This document shows positions 57,701 through 64,000 of a stretch of DNA of 64,000 bases, one piece after another. Below the pieces are notes generated by a model. It had not been told where the DNA came from. It worked only from the letters and a program-made list of their open reading frames with translations, and searched no databases. Numbering within the stretch: position 1 is the stretch's first letter; each line of letters opens with the position of its first letter. Position numbers and translations under genes: made by a program. This DNA comes from an uncultured virus (IMG/VR IMGVR_UViG_3300025849_000024) (taxonomy: Duplodnaviria; Heunggongvirae; Uroviricota; Caudoviricetes; Crassvirales). Location of the stretch: the IMG/VR virus record IMGVR_UViG_3300025849_000024; one strand, written 5' to 3'.

Positions 57701-60700
57701 TTAACTTTTTTGCCGTGAAGTTCTCCTTCCCATTTAGTTCTACCAAAGAAATCTGTCTCTGGCATTATAATGTAAGATAAGAATCGTTTTACTCTAGCAG
57801 GTAAAGATTTAACTCCCCCAAGCTCTGTAAAGCTTACGTCAAACCTTCTAAACATTTCCTTATCCTCATCCGCAATATTTTCTTCTTCTGCTAGCTGGTC
57901 TTCTACAGGTTCTTCTGTGTAACGTAGTTGTTTTATTGCATCATCAATAATATTTTCTCTTACTGAGTCATTTGCTAATAAAATATTTTTAGCTTTTGAA
58001 GCTTGTCTTGCCTTTTGTCTTATTGCTTCAACTTCGGCAGCTGTCATATTTTCTTGCTCAATAAAAGAGGCAAGAGTAAGACCTGCAATGTATTTATCTA
58101 GTATGTATGCTAGCTCTAGTTCATCATATGGTGTGTCTTTAAGAACAGCACTCATAATTTCTTGGTTTGATCTAAATCCTAGACCTGCTTGATACTGTGC
58201 AACAACTTGTCTTACAATATCTTTATGCACCTCAGACTTTAATCTTTCAGAGGGCAGAGCAAGCTGTCCATTAAATTCGTCTTCTAAAAGCTTTTTAATT
58301 TCTTCCGGGGTATATACATCCTTCTTTGTTGTAAGAGTCTTAGCGTCGTCAACACCTTGGTTAAAGTCTGCTTTACTTATTACAATAGGAGCATCATCAA
58401 CCTCACTAGTTTGTTTTAGTTCACCTAAAGAGTCTTTCATTAAAGAAACAATGTCCTCATTGCCTAAATATACTCCATCATTACCAAACTCAGCTTTGTT
58501 AAACCTTTCCATAGTGCTCATGTTAATCTCCATATTTGAAGTACCAACTTGATTATTTCCTAAATCTAACAATCTAGAAACAACACTTCCATCAGAAGCA
58601 GAAACTCTATCTATAATTCCATATTGATAAGTAGTTCTTACAGCCTTTCCTTTTTCATAATTAACAATAGACTCGTTTATTTTTTTACCTAAATAATCTT
58701 CTATAACTTTTGGATCATCGCTTCTTAGTATTTTACTAATCTCTTTTCTGTCATATTCTTTTAAAACATCTTGACTATCTAATATAGACTCATTTTCTTT
58801 AACCTCACTAGTTTGTTGTGTTGGTGCTTCAGATACTTCTGATTCAACTGCTTCTCCTGCATCTAATGCATGTAACCCTTCCAGGTTAGGAGTAATAAAA
58901 AGGGTAGGATTATAAAAACCAGACGACCCTGCAACAATTGTAGAGCTAAACATATCAGGAGATGGTGTACTATCTTTAGGTACAAACTCTCTAAAACTTT
59001 CTTTAGTAACTTCTAACCCGTAAGCTTTAAGCACTTCTTTATTCATTCGAGTCATAATAGACTCTAGGTTTTGACCAGTAAGAAATGGAATGTTTTTAAC
59101 TAGTGCTTTTTTCTTTGTATTATGATTTACATAAGAGTTTAGTCTAAATTTTCCCTGATATCTTTCTACTCTAATATTAAAGTCAATGCCTTTACCAAGA
59201 GCTACAAAAATCCCTAACTTTTCATTTAATTGTTTAGTATAGTTTGCTCTAGCCCCTCTGTCTTTGTTGTTATAGGCTTTTGCTTCTTTAGAATTAGGGT
59301 CATTAAGTTTAGCAATCGTTTCGTTTATTTTGTTTATACTTTGTTGAACAGATTCGAATGCTACCGTTGCTGGCATAATTCGAACCCATTTAACTACACT
59401 GCCTCTTTTAACTAAAGCAAAGTATCTACCGTCAAAGTCCGGTAAAGTTGCTGTATGATCCGCTGCAATGTCCTCCCCTATAATAGTCTCACCTTGCTTA
59501 CGATCGTAGATTCTATATTCTCCGTCATAAGTATGGTCATCGTTTTCAGTAATTTTATATCTTTTAAATACGCCTTCTTTAAGGCTGTTTAACCCGGCAT
59601 CAGTATTAAAACTGTATAACTCAGAGTTTAAAACAACAGGTTCACCGTTTGTAGCATTTGGATAGGCTTTTTCTAAAGCTTCAATCATAGACTTAAGCTG
59701 TAAATAGCCCTGCTTAAATTCTTCAAACTGGTCATTAGTAAACATAGAACTTCTATGCATGTTATTGTAAAAGAATTCTTCAGTTATTTGATCTCCTTCG
59801 ATTAATTTACCTTGTTTATCGTAAAACCTGTTAGGTGTACGAACTACAGATACAACTTCATTAGTACGTTTGTCTCTTAATTGCAAATAAGAACCGTTCA
59901 TGTTAATATCCATGTTCGTTTCTTTAATAGATGTTTTAGGATTAAGCTCTCTTTTTATATTAATGAATTCAATTTGTAAATTGTTAATTAAGTCGGGATC
60001 AGTTACTATAAGTTTAGCTAGTTGATCTGATTGTGCTTTGTTCAACCCAGTAGCTTGAAGCCAATACGATGTTAAAAAATTACCTTCATGTCGTAAACCT
60101 TGTGAGTATGGAAATAGTTTAGAGGCTACTTCATTTGCAGGCATTTCTCTATTAGGTTTACCCGCTATCAGGTTTTTAACTTCATAGTGTAACTTGCCGT
60201 TTTTCATAAACTGATTTACAACCTCGTAGGTTTTACCAGTTTTACTTTTAACGTGTGTTGGTAGTTCTGCATTAACCTGACCATAGTTTTGATCAAAAGT
60301 TTCTTGTTCTGCTATAGATTGTGCATTTGCGAGCTGCTGTTGTTTTCTTTCTTCTGCTAAAACACTCTCAACTTCTGAGTCCTTTACAGCTTTAACCGGA
60401 TTACTTACAACTTCTTTTACTTTCTTTGCGGCTTTTTTTACTCGCTCTTTTGTTGTCTGCTTTTCTGATGGCGGTGTCTCGTTCTCTGTTTTTTTGTCTT
60501 CGTTCTTTTTAATATTTTCCTTAACGGATTCTTCAAACGTAGCTCTTTTAGCAGGGTCATATACAAGATCTTTTAAGTCTCTATTTATTTTTTTAATCTT
60601 AGCTTCTTGCTTTTCTATTTCTTTTTGTACCTGTTCATCAAGCTTTTTTTCATACTGCTCATCATTAACCTTAGTAGAATCTGTTTCTTTTATACCAAGA

Positions 60701-62946
60701 GCCTTACGCAAATCTCTCATAGCAGTCATGCTGTTACCAGCTTCTGCTTGTCTTTGCTGTAAAAACTTTATATGTTGTTCTGAAATACTTTTGTCTCTAA
60801 GTAACCCTCGAGCTCCTCTTAATACAGTGCCTGATAAGTTTTCCAAGTCAAACTCTTTTACTTGTTCAGGATCCGCTAAAGATTTTAATACATCATTAAT
60901 AAACTTGTTATTATTATTGTTGTACGTCTCTTTCATGTCAAGCTCTAAAAGTTTTTGTTCTTTCTGAGCCTCTGTTAGATTTTCATTACTAATTATTCTA
61001 GCACGAGTTCTTGCAGTTTTATCTGCAGTGTCTCTATTGCTTTGTTCATACATTAGTAATCCTCCTGCTAACGCCTGTCCTTTAGGACCTAAGTAACTGT
61101 ATTGTACAGCATTTTCCTGCCATAACCCATTTAAATCAGATACTCTTTTTCTAAGTTTGTTTGCTTGATACTTACTAAGAGCTTCTTGCGCTTCTAGTGC
61201 ATCTATTTGATTTAAAACATCCTTAGATTTTCCGTTAGATATGTACTGCATCATTGTACGATCTGCAGTATGATTTGTAACAAAACGGGATCCTCCACCT
61301 AGTATAGCACCTAAAGCTGCTTCTTCTAAATGGTTACCCATGTCATATTTTTCCCATTGGAATTTACCTTTACCGTAATCTTTACCTTCTCCCCTTAGCA
61401 TGTTATACGTCTGCTTTGCACCGTATACAACATGTCCTTGTATAAATTCTTCTGTTGCTTCTTCAAGAGCAGATCCTGTACTTCTTAAAAGTCTTCCTCC
61501 AATTCCTTTAGCTGTATTACCAGTAGCTTCTAAAGCATTAAACACCTTTCTTAATAAAGGTCCTGTAGCTTTATCTAGGAAAGTCATATCATCAACTCTC
61601 ATCCCAGACTTTTTAGCGTAGTCTAATATAGTCTTAGAAATTATTCTACCTCCCCCGGTACCCATTGCTTTGTTAGCTAATGCGTTTGTTCCTACTCCGT
61701 ATTCTATAAGTGAATTAATAAACCCGGTAGTTAATGCTAATGCAGCAGCCTCTTCTTCATCAATACCATCACGTTTTGCTTGCTTGTATACTTCACCAGA
61801 GTTGATTACCATACCGCCTCCTAAGTGACCTACCATACTTGCTAGTTTAGCTGAATGTGCTACACCAAAAAGTTTAGCTGCTTTCAATGATACAGCTCCT
61901 ACACCCTTAGCTATAGCTCCTCCAAGTCCCCAAAATTGTACAAGACTTGCTAAACCACTACCTATACCATCTGCTAGCGCTTCACCGTTAGCAAACATGC
62001 TGTCTGTATTAGCTGCAGCAGATTTTTGTAGTTTATTAAACTCCTGCCCAAATCTATAGTCAGCTGCTACACGATCCGTCTCCCCTACTTGTGCTTCTCC
62101 TACGGTAGCCCATTCATATAGATCACCAGTCATTTCTGCAAAGTCTAATATGCTAGAAGATAAACTAGAAAAAGTATCACTAAACGCATCAACAGAAGAA
62201 GAAATGCCTCCTTTACGTGCTACTCTAGCTCCATAAGGATTTAATAACGCTCCTTGTAAATCATAAAAGTTTTTTTCATCAAGCTCAGTTTCTTGGAGTA
62301 CCCATTCTTCTGTCTCTTTGTCAAAGACTGGATAAAAACCATTTTGTTTGTAGGTCCCATCTTGTAGGTATCTTTGCGCTCCATGAAAAAATAAGACTTG
62401 ATTATCTTTTTCTCTTGTTTTTTGTATTCCTTCTTCGGAAGATATATCACCCCAAGCAAAAGCATCCCAGTCAAGTTTATCTCCTGGTTTTGTTTTGGTT
62501 TGATCTGCATAAAAGCTATCTGTTAAACCTCTAGTACGTCTTAATAACTTACCATCAGTATCAACACCCATAAGTTTGTCATACCAAGAAGCATTATCAA
62601 ACTCACCATTCTCATAATCTCCATCTCTGAAGTCTTCAAACTCTCCATCAATATTTTTTACTTTACCTATACGTGCTAATTCTAGACCAATTTGTTGTAG
62701 TTGAGTGTTAACATCATCTCCTCCTTGTCTATTGTTATAAGTAGTTGAATCTACATCTCCTATATTCCAAGACGACGGTGCATATTCTAAAGGTATCTCT
62801 TCATTAAAAATTGTATTATTATTAAAGTCTTGAACATCTGAGTCAGAACGTATAACACCCTCTAAGTCAATAGGTTGTAGATTAACAGGTTGTTCCTGCG
62901 GATCCGTAACTTGTCCACCGCCTTGATACTTTTTAGTTCCTTTCAT
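48778..62946 (-). CDS. Giant virion RNA polymerase / ejection polyprotein (crAss-like vRNAP)
   Basis: 4722 aa; ARIPTQ..HSM...VGFLP...GD...P...AGSDYDLDK catalytic region (DYDLD at 54973-54987); G/A-rich hydrophobic N-terminal region; zincin-like segment; hydrophobic C-terminal helices. Confidence 0.9.
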   Translation of the reverse strand: MKGTKKYQGGGQVTDPQEQPVNLQPIDLEGVIRSDSDVQDFNNNTIFNEEIPLEYAPSSWNIGDVDSTTYNNRQGGDDVNTQLQQIGLELARIGKVKNIDGEFEDFRDGDYENGEFDNASWYDKLMGVDTDGKLLRRTRGLTDSFYADQTKTKPGDKLDWDAFAWGDISSEEGIQKTREKDNQVLFFHGAQRYLQDGTYKQNGFYPVFDKETEEWVLQETELDEKNFYDLQGALLNPYGARVARKGGISSSVDAFSDTFSSLSSSILDFAEMTGDLYEWATVGEAQVGETDRVAADYRFGQEFNKLQKSAAANTDSMFANGEALADGIGSGLASLVQFWGLGGAIAKGVGAVSLKAAKLFGVAHSAKLASMVGHLGGGMVINSGEVYKQAKRDGIDEEEAAALALTTGFINSLIEYGVGTNALANKAMGTGGGRIISKTILDYAKKSGMRVDDMTFLDKATGPLLRKVFNALEATGNTAKGIGGRLLRSTGSALEEATEEFIQGHVVYGAKQTYNMLRGEGKDYGKGKFQWEKYDMGNHLEEAALGAILGGGSRFVTNHTADRTMMQYISNGKSKDVLNQIDALEAQEALSKYQANKLRKRVSDLNGLWQENAVQYSYLGPKGQALAGGLLMYEQSNRDTADKTARTRARIISNENLTEAQKEQKLLELDMKETYNNNNNKFINDVLKSLADPEQVKEFDLENLSGTVLRGARGLLRDKSISEQHIKFLQQRQAEAGNSMTAMRDLRKALGIKETDSTKVNDEQYEKKLDEQVQKEIEKQEAKIKKINRDLKDLVYDPAKRATFEESVKENIKKNEDKKTENETPPSEKQTTKERVKKAAKKVKEVVSNPVKAVKDSEVESVLAEERKQQQLANAQSIAEQETFDQNYGQVNAELPTHVKSKTGKTYEVVNQFMKNGKLHYEVKNLIAGKPNREMPANEVASKLFPYSQGLRHEGNFLTSYWLQATGLNKAQSDQLAKLIVTDPDLINNLQIEFINIKRELNPKTSIKETNMDINMNGSYLQLRDKRTNEVVSVVRTPNRFYDKQGKLIEGDQITEEFFYNNMHRSSMFTNDQFEEFKQGYLQLKSMIEALEKAYPNATNGEPVVLNSELYSFNTDAGLNSLKEGVFKRYKITENDDHTYDGEYRIYDRKQGETIIGEDIAADHTATLPDFDGRYFALVKRGSVVKWVRIMPATVAFESVQQSINKINETIAKLNDPNSKEAKAYNNKDRGARANYTKQLNEKLGIFVALGKGIDFNIRVERYQGKFRLNSYVNHNTKKKALVKNIPFLTGQNLESIMTRMNKEVLKAYGLEVTKESFREFVPKDSTPSPDMFSSTIVAGSSGFYNPTLFITPNLEGLHALDAGEAVESEVSEAPTQQTSEVKENESILDSQDVLKEYDRKEISKILRSDDPKVIEDYLGKKINESIVNYEKGKAVRTTYQYGIIDRVSASDGSVVSRLLDLGNNQVGTSNMEINMSTMERFNKAEFGNDGVYLGNEDIVSLMKDSLGELKQTSEVDDAPIVISKADFNQGVDDAKTLTTKKDVYTPEEIKKLLEDEFNGQLALPSERLKSEVHKDIVRQVVAQYQAGLGFRSNQEIMSAVLKDTPYDELELAYILDKYIAGLTLASFIEQENMTAAEVEAIRQKARQASKAKNILLANDSVRENIIDDAIKQLRYTEEPVEDQLAEEENIADEDKEMFRRFDVSFTELGGVKSLPARVKRFLSYIIMPETDFFGRTKWEGELHGKKVKTIIRKTMDGHTLSGHLMKLLSNQSTEGDMIKRLEAVAQYESIEAAVLGAINAKGNEDIKTQFLNAFNKFSVDYLRFITGPKRNFFFVNPVESSGANQIFNRWKGKTNRKVLNQELAKISKRLGQDGFTQEGVDAIVKSFAKAGWDVTPAFAAYLLGDTKLREAFPELLPDGLDSEGYLTDLIGDQNIFDKAKGVNVRSKKVMELANIAQAFDMSTYEANYRDSKGKSHYRYVAKNLYLENIIKLAENGSLDTNPNNVLNNDEVLSNLTVAFAGDVSITDSDFDGNGNPITTKSTATNKQLSDKQRLMLMYSLFMNEDVKGYGYYIPHVIESKSSLYTVRLPIKNYYDGISGITPTAIEDAYGLLLSEFKRNQDPNKQLKSKKGTPNYFGILSVLNNAMLADGTSVVDYLKSRKNATAAFETKMKEEVIRPMLEKVVADLTTRTEMLGLNLEQLTPSAKDTDMSANDKIGQLAINHLINSASFTQLFHGDSNFVDDIDFNKRLAGFHASGDIKGRMKYKYLMYADSNVTFQGVEAASNDAQVLMTQEMYAFRELQSGNFTSATQKRAYEKLVQRLDDPSIELTPQEINSLDLNSTKTVYEDGNRYFKKSDNIITQEEAEAHPELGKIYDMLNANRIMYLIPESASKRKSDKMIEGFDTTIDEGLIHTGEMQFERDQVINRTKSKKGRETESVLAKQVHDLFGSMLTESSSRELVDNINNANADQKKIFLEAVQSLLQPENNQAFKDMVYSMNENTRGPEVLELLQLTEDGKTYNYNLPHIQPVIEQTMISLYNKGALRSNVAGGIATLASGTHYLNPQTGEPLKIHRLNNGVVEFAEVLVSKKFFNLTKFDNIEDIPDRLLTAFAARIPTQTYHSMLPIKVVGFLPDSKGDTMVTPLELPSLAGSDYDLDKLFLHRYASTVVSGNQVVTPANSAEATEAYWAQQPLIKSMRRSYKDEEGNAISVKEAMERLNIGATDNPAVLQNDMLDNMLDIFSQPEIAEMMFTPATEGVAQDVIDKYNFDFTKESIFTVVGNLDFNLANKIGEANIGIAANLNALVSMLTQMKYKPEVGFEIDGVNYNSFEPIYEDDVNLKTGLNVEEEARSKFDSISSLITLFVDNVKLGIAPKLNLDDDMTSIAGHIIGLAAGQSRAFMFVNQPILKEYSRLKNLQSDLDTLSLTKKKERQSRIRHNLLQKFSPFEFDAVALTTEALDKALLADYNITELLERKELTQDERDFLAVQKIVMLNANSILAWTGVTGLNATGLLATTRGVKDKVALDRIREAFTESDKNPETSALIKQIIANHKVYQNNSNAMNYLAGNLADTFLKPAEVYNVFVKEYGESSSSDLAATIQQIENLKKDPKYNYNIALHSLLQIESNDQGKKVLVADSFTKMSNEVSAQLMGQLEDLFEDFPTLSDNLLKYLMASSMLEFSANSFIRYMPASSFKRFSDALDTATKATEENLKDLEEVYKKAKNKTTAYQGESLPEQQVEQDRTPVFSAGIYTVAQMKEQFGFKTDEMSNLLDKIKDVKVDYSPGGDTYYNGKSNTIVLGQLDKTKFLEEALHAGLDLLPDGDQKKLRRDVLSWYKELVKNHKGDENAKRIQKIFNQYVNLYKGKGQPNPEELAAEEIITNLLYKDNKLINDLNELMSPNEQGILESMWSKFVKLLANMFGIDIKQGSELEQLAKILQPVDRLIGAEGFQYGTQSNVGNMYALSDGTLFDDIALKVDANATANLAAGDPTVYIDFSGRLIPNQDAVVNITNGSKDFGKAVIIRKTPINNINDLSTISKEKLAKELGYSSFTDMKKQAKGKLADFIFKSSQATIVRLEPFVANSTEQIESMNTVDPYNNLLNNVLIILENQLAQTKQNIKNTTFVKNRQARLAKQIADIKAAKDIFVSVDSFYEEVKESSDLLDLFLANDKRDIKERIEGFNKYRILLNSFTFLDELPGALIKQIEAGELKDDKDNRSKVSKLNDSVALLNKLRNKLQDEYIPVLAEKLYPFVEASGPATKEYVDIQLDQINKQREKIKASSKTQKEKAKMLGVLNNRVEKLKLIVGQAPQSEEAFARALRYSLQDDSYFMYLLTSPSTSSDPTLAGLINMNHQLNDQQRMRMLAVHNRLQDAYDTLIEGKNIGNDVSKIYEPIIELKNNRTTGNKDVWTLVTKYDDTAFDKAQEKAESELKASLLDLRIDYLAKIEQDITKVENKLAQYDQLENKETVSFVINSLQNNLKRLQTIKVNGPTEKELVRFGLRRSGWFKNNTVAKNTEEIQNAARKAGGDVKAWALTQMNAQAALENGFIDQEEFDAIEAVEKANSKFKGKSSASYFGYMVTRPNKSYINKKWTSLYDSDGFPKNQNGRAHQEFTDIYNQSLALVYKKQSVNMALPSIRKGALDRVLEKGTLSEIKEAYSRLFTVDQDDAIAYGIAALDKQSEQYAPVMFMDDIDSNDVSLDVMTSLSMFSNGALTAEKNNELLQIAYLLQDTFANRQVQDPKRLNKTALAKFGKKRSEIQEGESIIEKRLEKYIEMVLLGKTKKIEKVTVGTKEIQVDKIIDTILGYTAVTTLGLDFLKGTRNYLTASFQQLFESGASRGNSALINASQFADGHKEMMTRIKDLYDDKYNKLGNRSFIGQMLIKFDGIQGNFEDLVGKQVSGRTAMRQFLSTDTLLINYHIGEVAAQGGAMIAHLKNKEVILDGKKYNLYNAFYVNPKTGLLELVGGTEAEQAKAQKLVTQTISEIREMNRRLNGNYRRMDKSVLSQSSGGRMLELFRKFLVPTLLNRYRTQFVNHETNQVDGGFYRWFINNMMDNWKTSTEAKTLEKLKDAYKRSTVTAKDKEKAFRALYEIGTLAILSTLVGILTQMVEDDDDEIPTSAYYLLYLMTTLKGEINAFAPTFGAVSDLLRILRSPTAMTNSILRAEKLIAQLSDPFAEYKRDSGVWKKGESKFKVRVLQSLGYSGGVQFDPETAWKNFTKLTN
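58399..58817. repeat. Identical 17-bp direct repeats, 402 bp apart and in frame, inside the vRNAP gene
   Basis: AACCTCACTAGTTTGTT at 58399-58415 and 58801-58817; both copies encode QTSEV. Confidence 0.9.
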
Positions 62947-62948
62947 AA

Positions 62949-64000
62949 TTAATTCATCGGATTACTTGCCTGTGACGCATCCTCTTTAGTAGCTTGTTCA
63001 AACGAAGTTGCTTCGAATACTAAAGGCATAAGTCTTTGATCATATTGCTGTACTTGTGCTTTTTCTGCGCCTGTTAATTTTTCACCTCTTCTGACTTTTT
63101 TATAGACTTTATTCATTACATCTTGTGCGTTAGCTTTCAGTATAAGCATCTCTTGTGTTGTAGGATTATACTGACTTAATCTTTGTAAAGATACTTCTAA
63201 ATTTCTACCGTTGTTATTTTCCATACCAGTAGAGTCTAGTTGTAAACTACTCCATCCCAAGTCTTCACCAAAACCTGCTTTAGATGCAATGTCTGGAGAA
63301 ACATCAGAATAAATTTGTTCTCCTGTTGCTGCTCCTTCATCATCAACTATATCATAAACGCTTTGTGATTTACTTTCTACAAAAATAGGCTCTCCATCTT
63401 TTATAATATAGCTAGCAGTTCCTTCGATATCATTACCTTTAGAATCCTGACCATAATTTAATACAAGTTTTTGAGGAGTAAAGTTTTCTACATCTCCCCA
63501 TCTACCGCCACCAAAACCAATTACTCCAGATATTTTACCTTCATACGGCATCTCATCTTTAAATTCGTTTTGTCTTGCTACGTTATATTTAAGATCTAAT
63601 CCTTTATCTGCAAATGCTTTGTTTATAATATCAGCATTATAACCAGGGTTGTGCCCTACTACAAAAGGAGTTACTACCAGTTCACCAGTAGACATTGTAT
63701 TAAAAGTATCTGCATAACTAGCTGACTTTAATCTTTTACCGCTTTTTCTATCATTACCTAATACTACAATATTACCATCAAACTTACGCTGTCTTGCTTC
63801 AGTATCACGGTAAGTAGGATTAGTAGCGGATTTTTGTACATTAACACTAAAAGTATCATTATTAAGAAGGTCCGGATCTAATTTTTGAATCATACCTGAT
63901 CCGCCAGCTCTCCACTGTGTAGTATTATTTGTAGGTGCAGCTGCTTTTCTTTTAGCCGCTATTCTTGCATTAAATAAAGCACGATTAGGATTTCTATCTT
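62949..64000 (-). CDS. Putative virion cargo/ejection protein, 5'-truncated by the window edge
   Basis: Frame remains open upstream of 63893 to the end of the window; immediately precedes vRNAP. Confidence 0.6.
   Translation of the reverse strand, partial: DRNPNRALFNARIAAKRKAAAPTNNTTQWRAGGSGMIQKLDPDLLNNDTFSVNVQKSATNPTYRDTEARQRKFDGNIVVLGNDRKSGKRLKSASYADTFNTMSTGELVVTPFVVGHNPGYNADIINKAFADKGLDLKYNVARQNEFKDEMPYEGKISGVIGFGGGRWGDVENFTPQKLVLNYGQDSKGNDIEGTASYIIKDGEPIFVESKSQSVYDIVDDEGAATGEQIYSDVSPDIASKAGFGEDLGWSSLQLDSTGMENNNGRNLEVSLQRLSQYNPTTQEMLILKANAQDVMNKVYKKVRRGEKLTGAEKAQVQQYDQRLMPLVFEATSFEQATKEDASQASNPMN

Noticed and set aside
48782..61621. Plus-strand ORFs antisense to vRNAP, and similar antisense ORFs elsewhere
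   Set aside because: Ser/Leu/Phe-rich shadows of the real coding strand with no recognisable motifs.
1..64000. Stop-codon reassignment, as in some crAss-like phages
   Set aside because: Genes, including the 14-kb ORF, are intact and densely packed under the standard code. TAG and TGA both serve as stops, and no suppressor tRNA was seen.
1..64000. Prophage or host chromosome context
   Set aside because: No integrase, repressor, att site or bacterial housekeeping genes; the whole window is phage-like.

Overview
This window is part of an AT-rich, crAss-like (Crassvirales) phage genome with a probable Bacteroidota/Flavobacteriia host. It uses the standard genetic code and shows no integrase, CRISPR array, intron or reverse transcriptase. 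There are three blocks. (1) 1-27.7 kb, minus strand, is the late module: RepL-like, Acb2/Tad1-like and IHF-like genes, terminase, portal, scaffold-position gene, major capsid protein, ring and auxiliary capsid genes, a metallophosphoesterase, two tail fibres and three paralogous sugar-binding/LamG proteins. (2) A divergent switch region at 27.7-28.5 kb carries 22-bp iteron-like repeats, an AT-rich tract and tRNA-Arg(TCT). The plus-strand early/replication block follows to 48.7 kb: small membrane and lipoprotein ORFs, PolA, DUF932, SF2 helicase, DnaB, Sak4-like ATPase, SSB, primase, RusA, NinB, rIIA/rIIB, an SP-lyase-like radical SAM enzyme, a PD-(D/E)XK nuclease, DUF5664, a DnaA domain IV protein and Ung. 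(3) 48.8-64 kb, minus strand, holds a 4722-aa virion RNA polymerase/ejection polyprotein and part of another cargo gene. The most notable observations are an in-frame 134-codon cassette bounded by identical 17-bp repeats inside the vRNAP gene, an identical 31-bp leader on the two capsid genes, three modular lectin-like paralogs, a radical SAM enzyme with CX3CX4C spacing, a divergent Acb2/Tad1 sponge, a candidate iteron origin and a candidate structured RNA. All family calls come from motif recognition by eye; no database searches were run.
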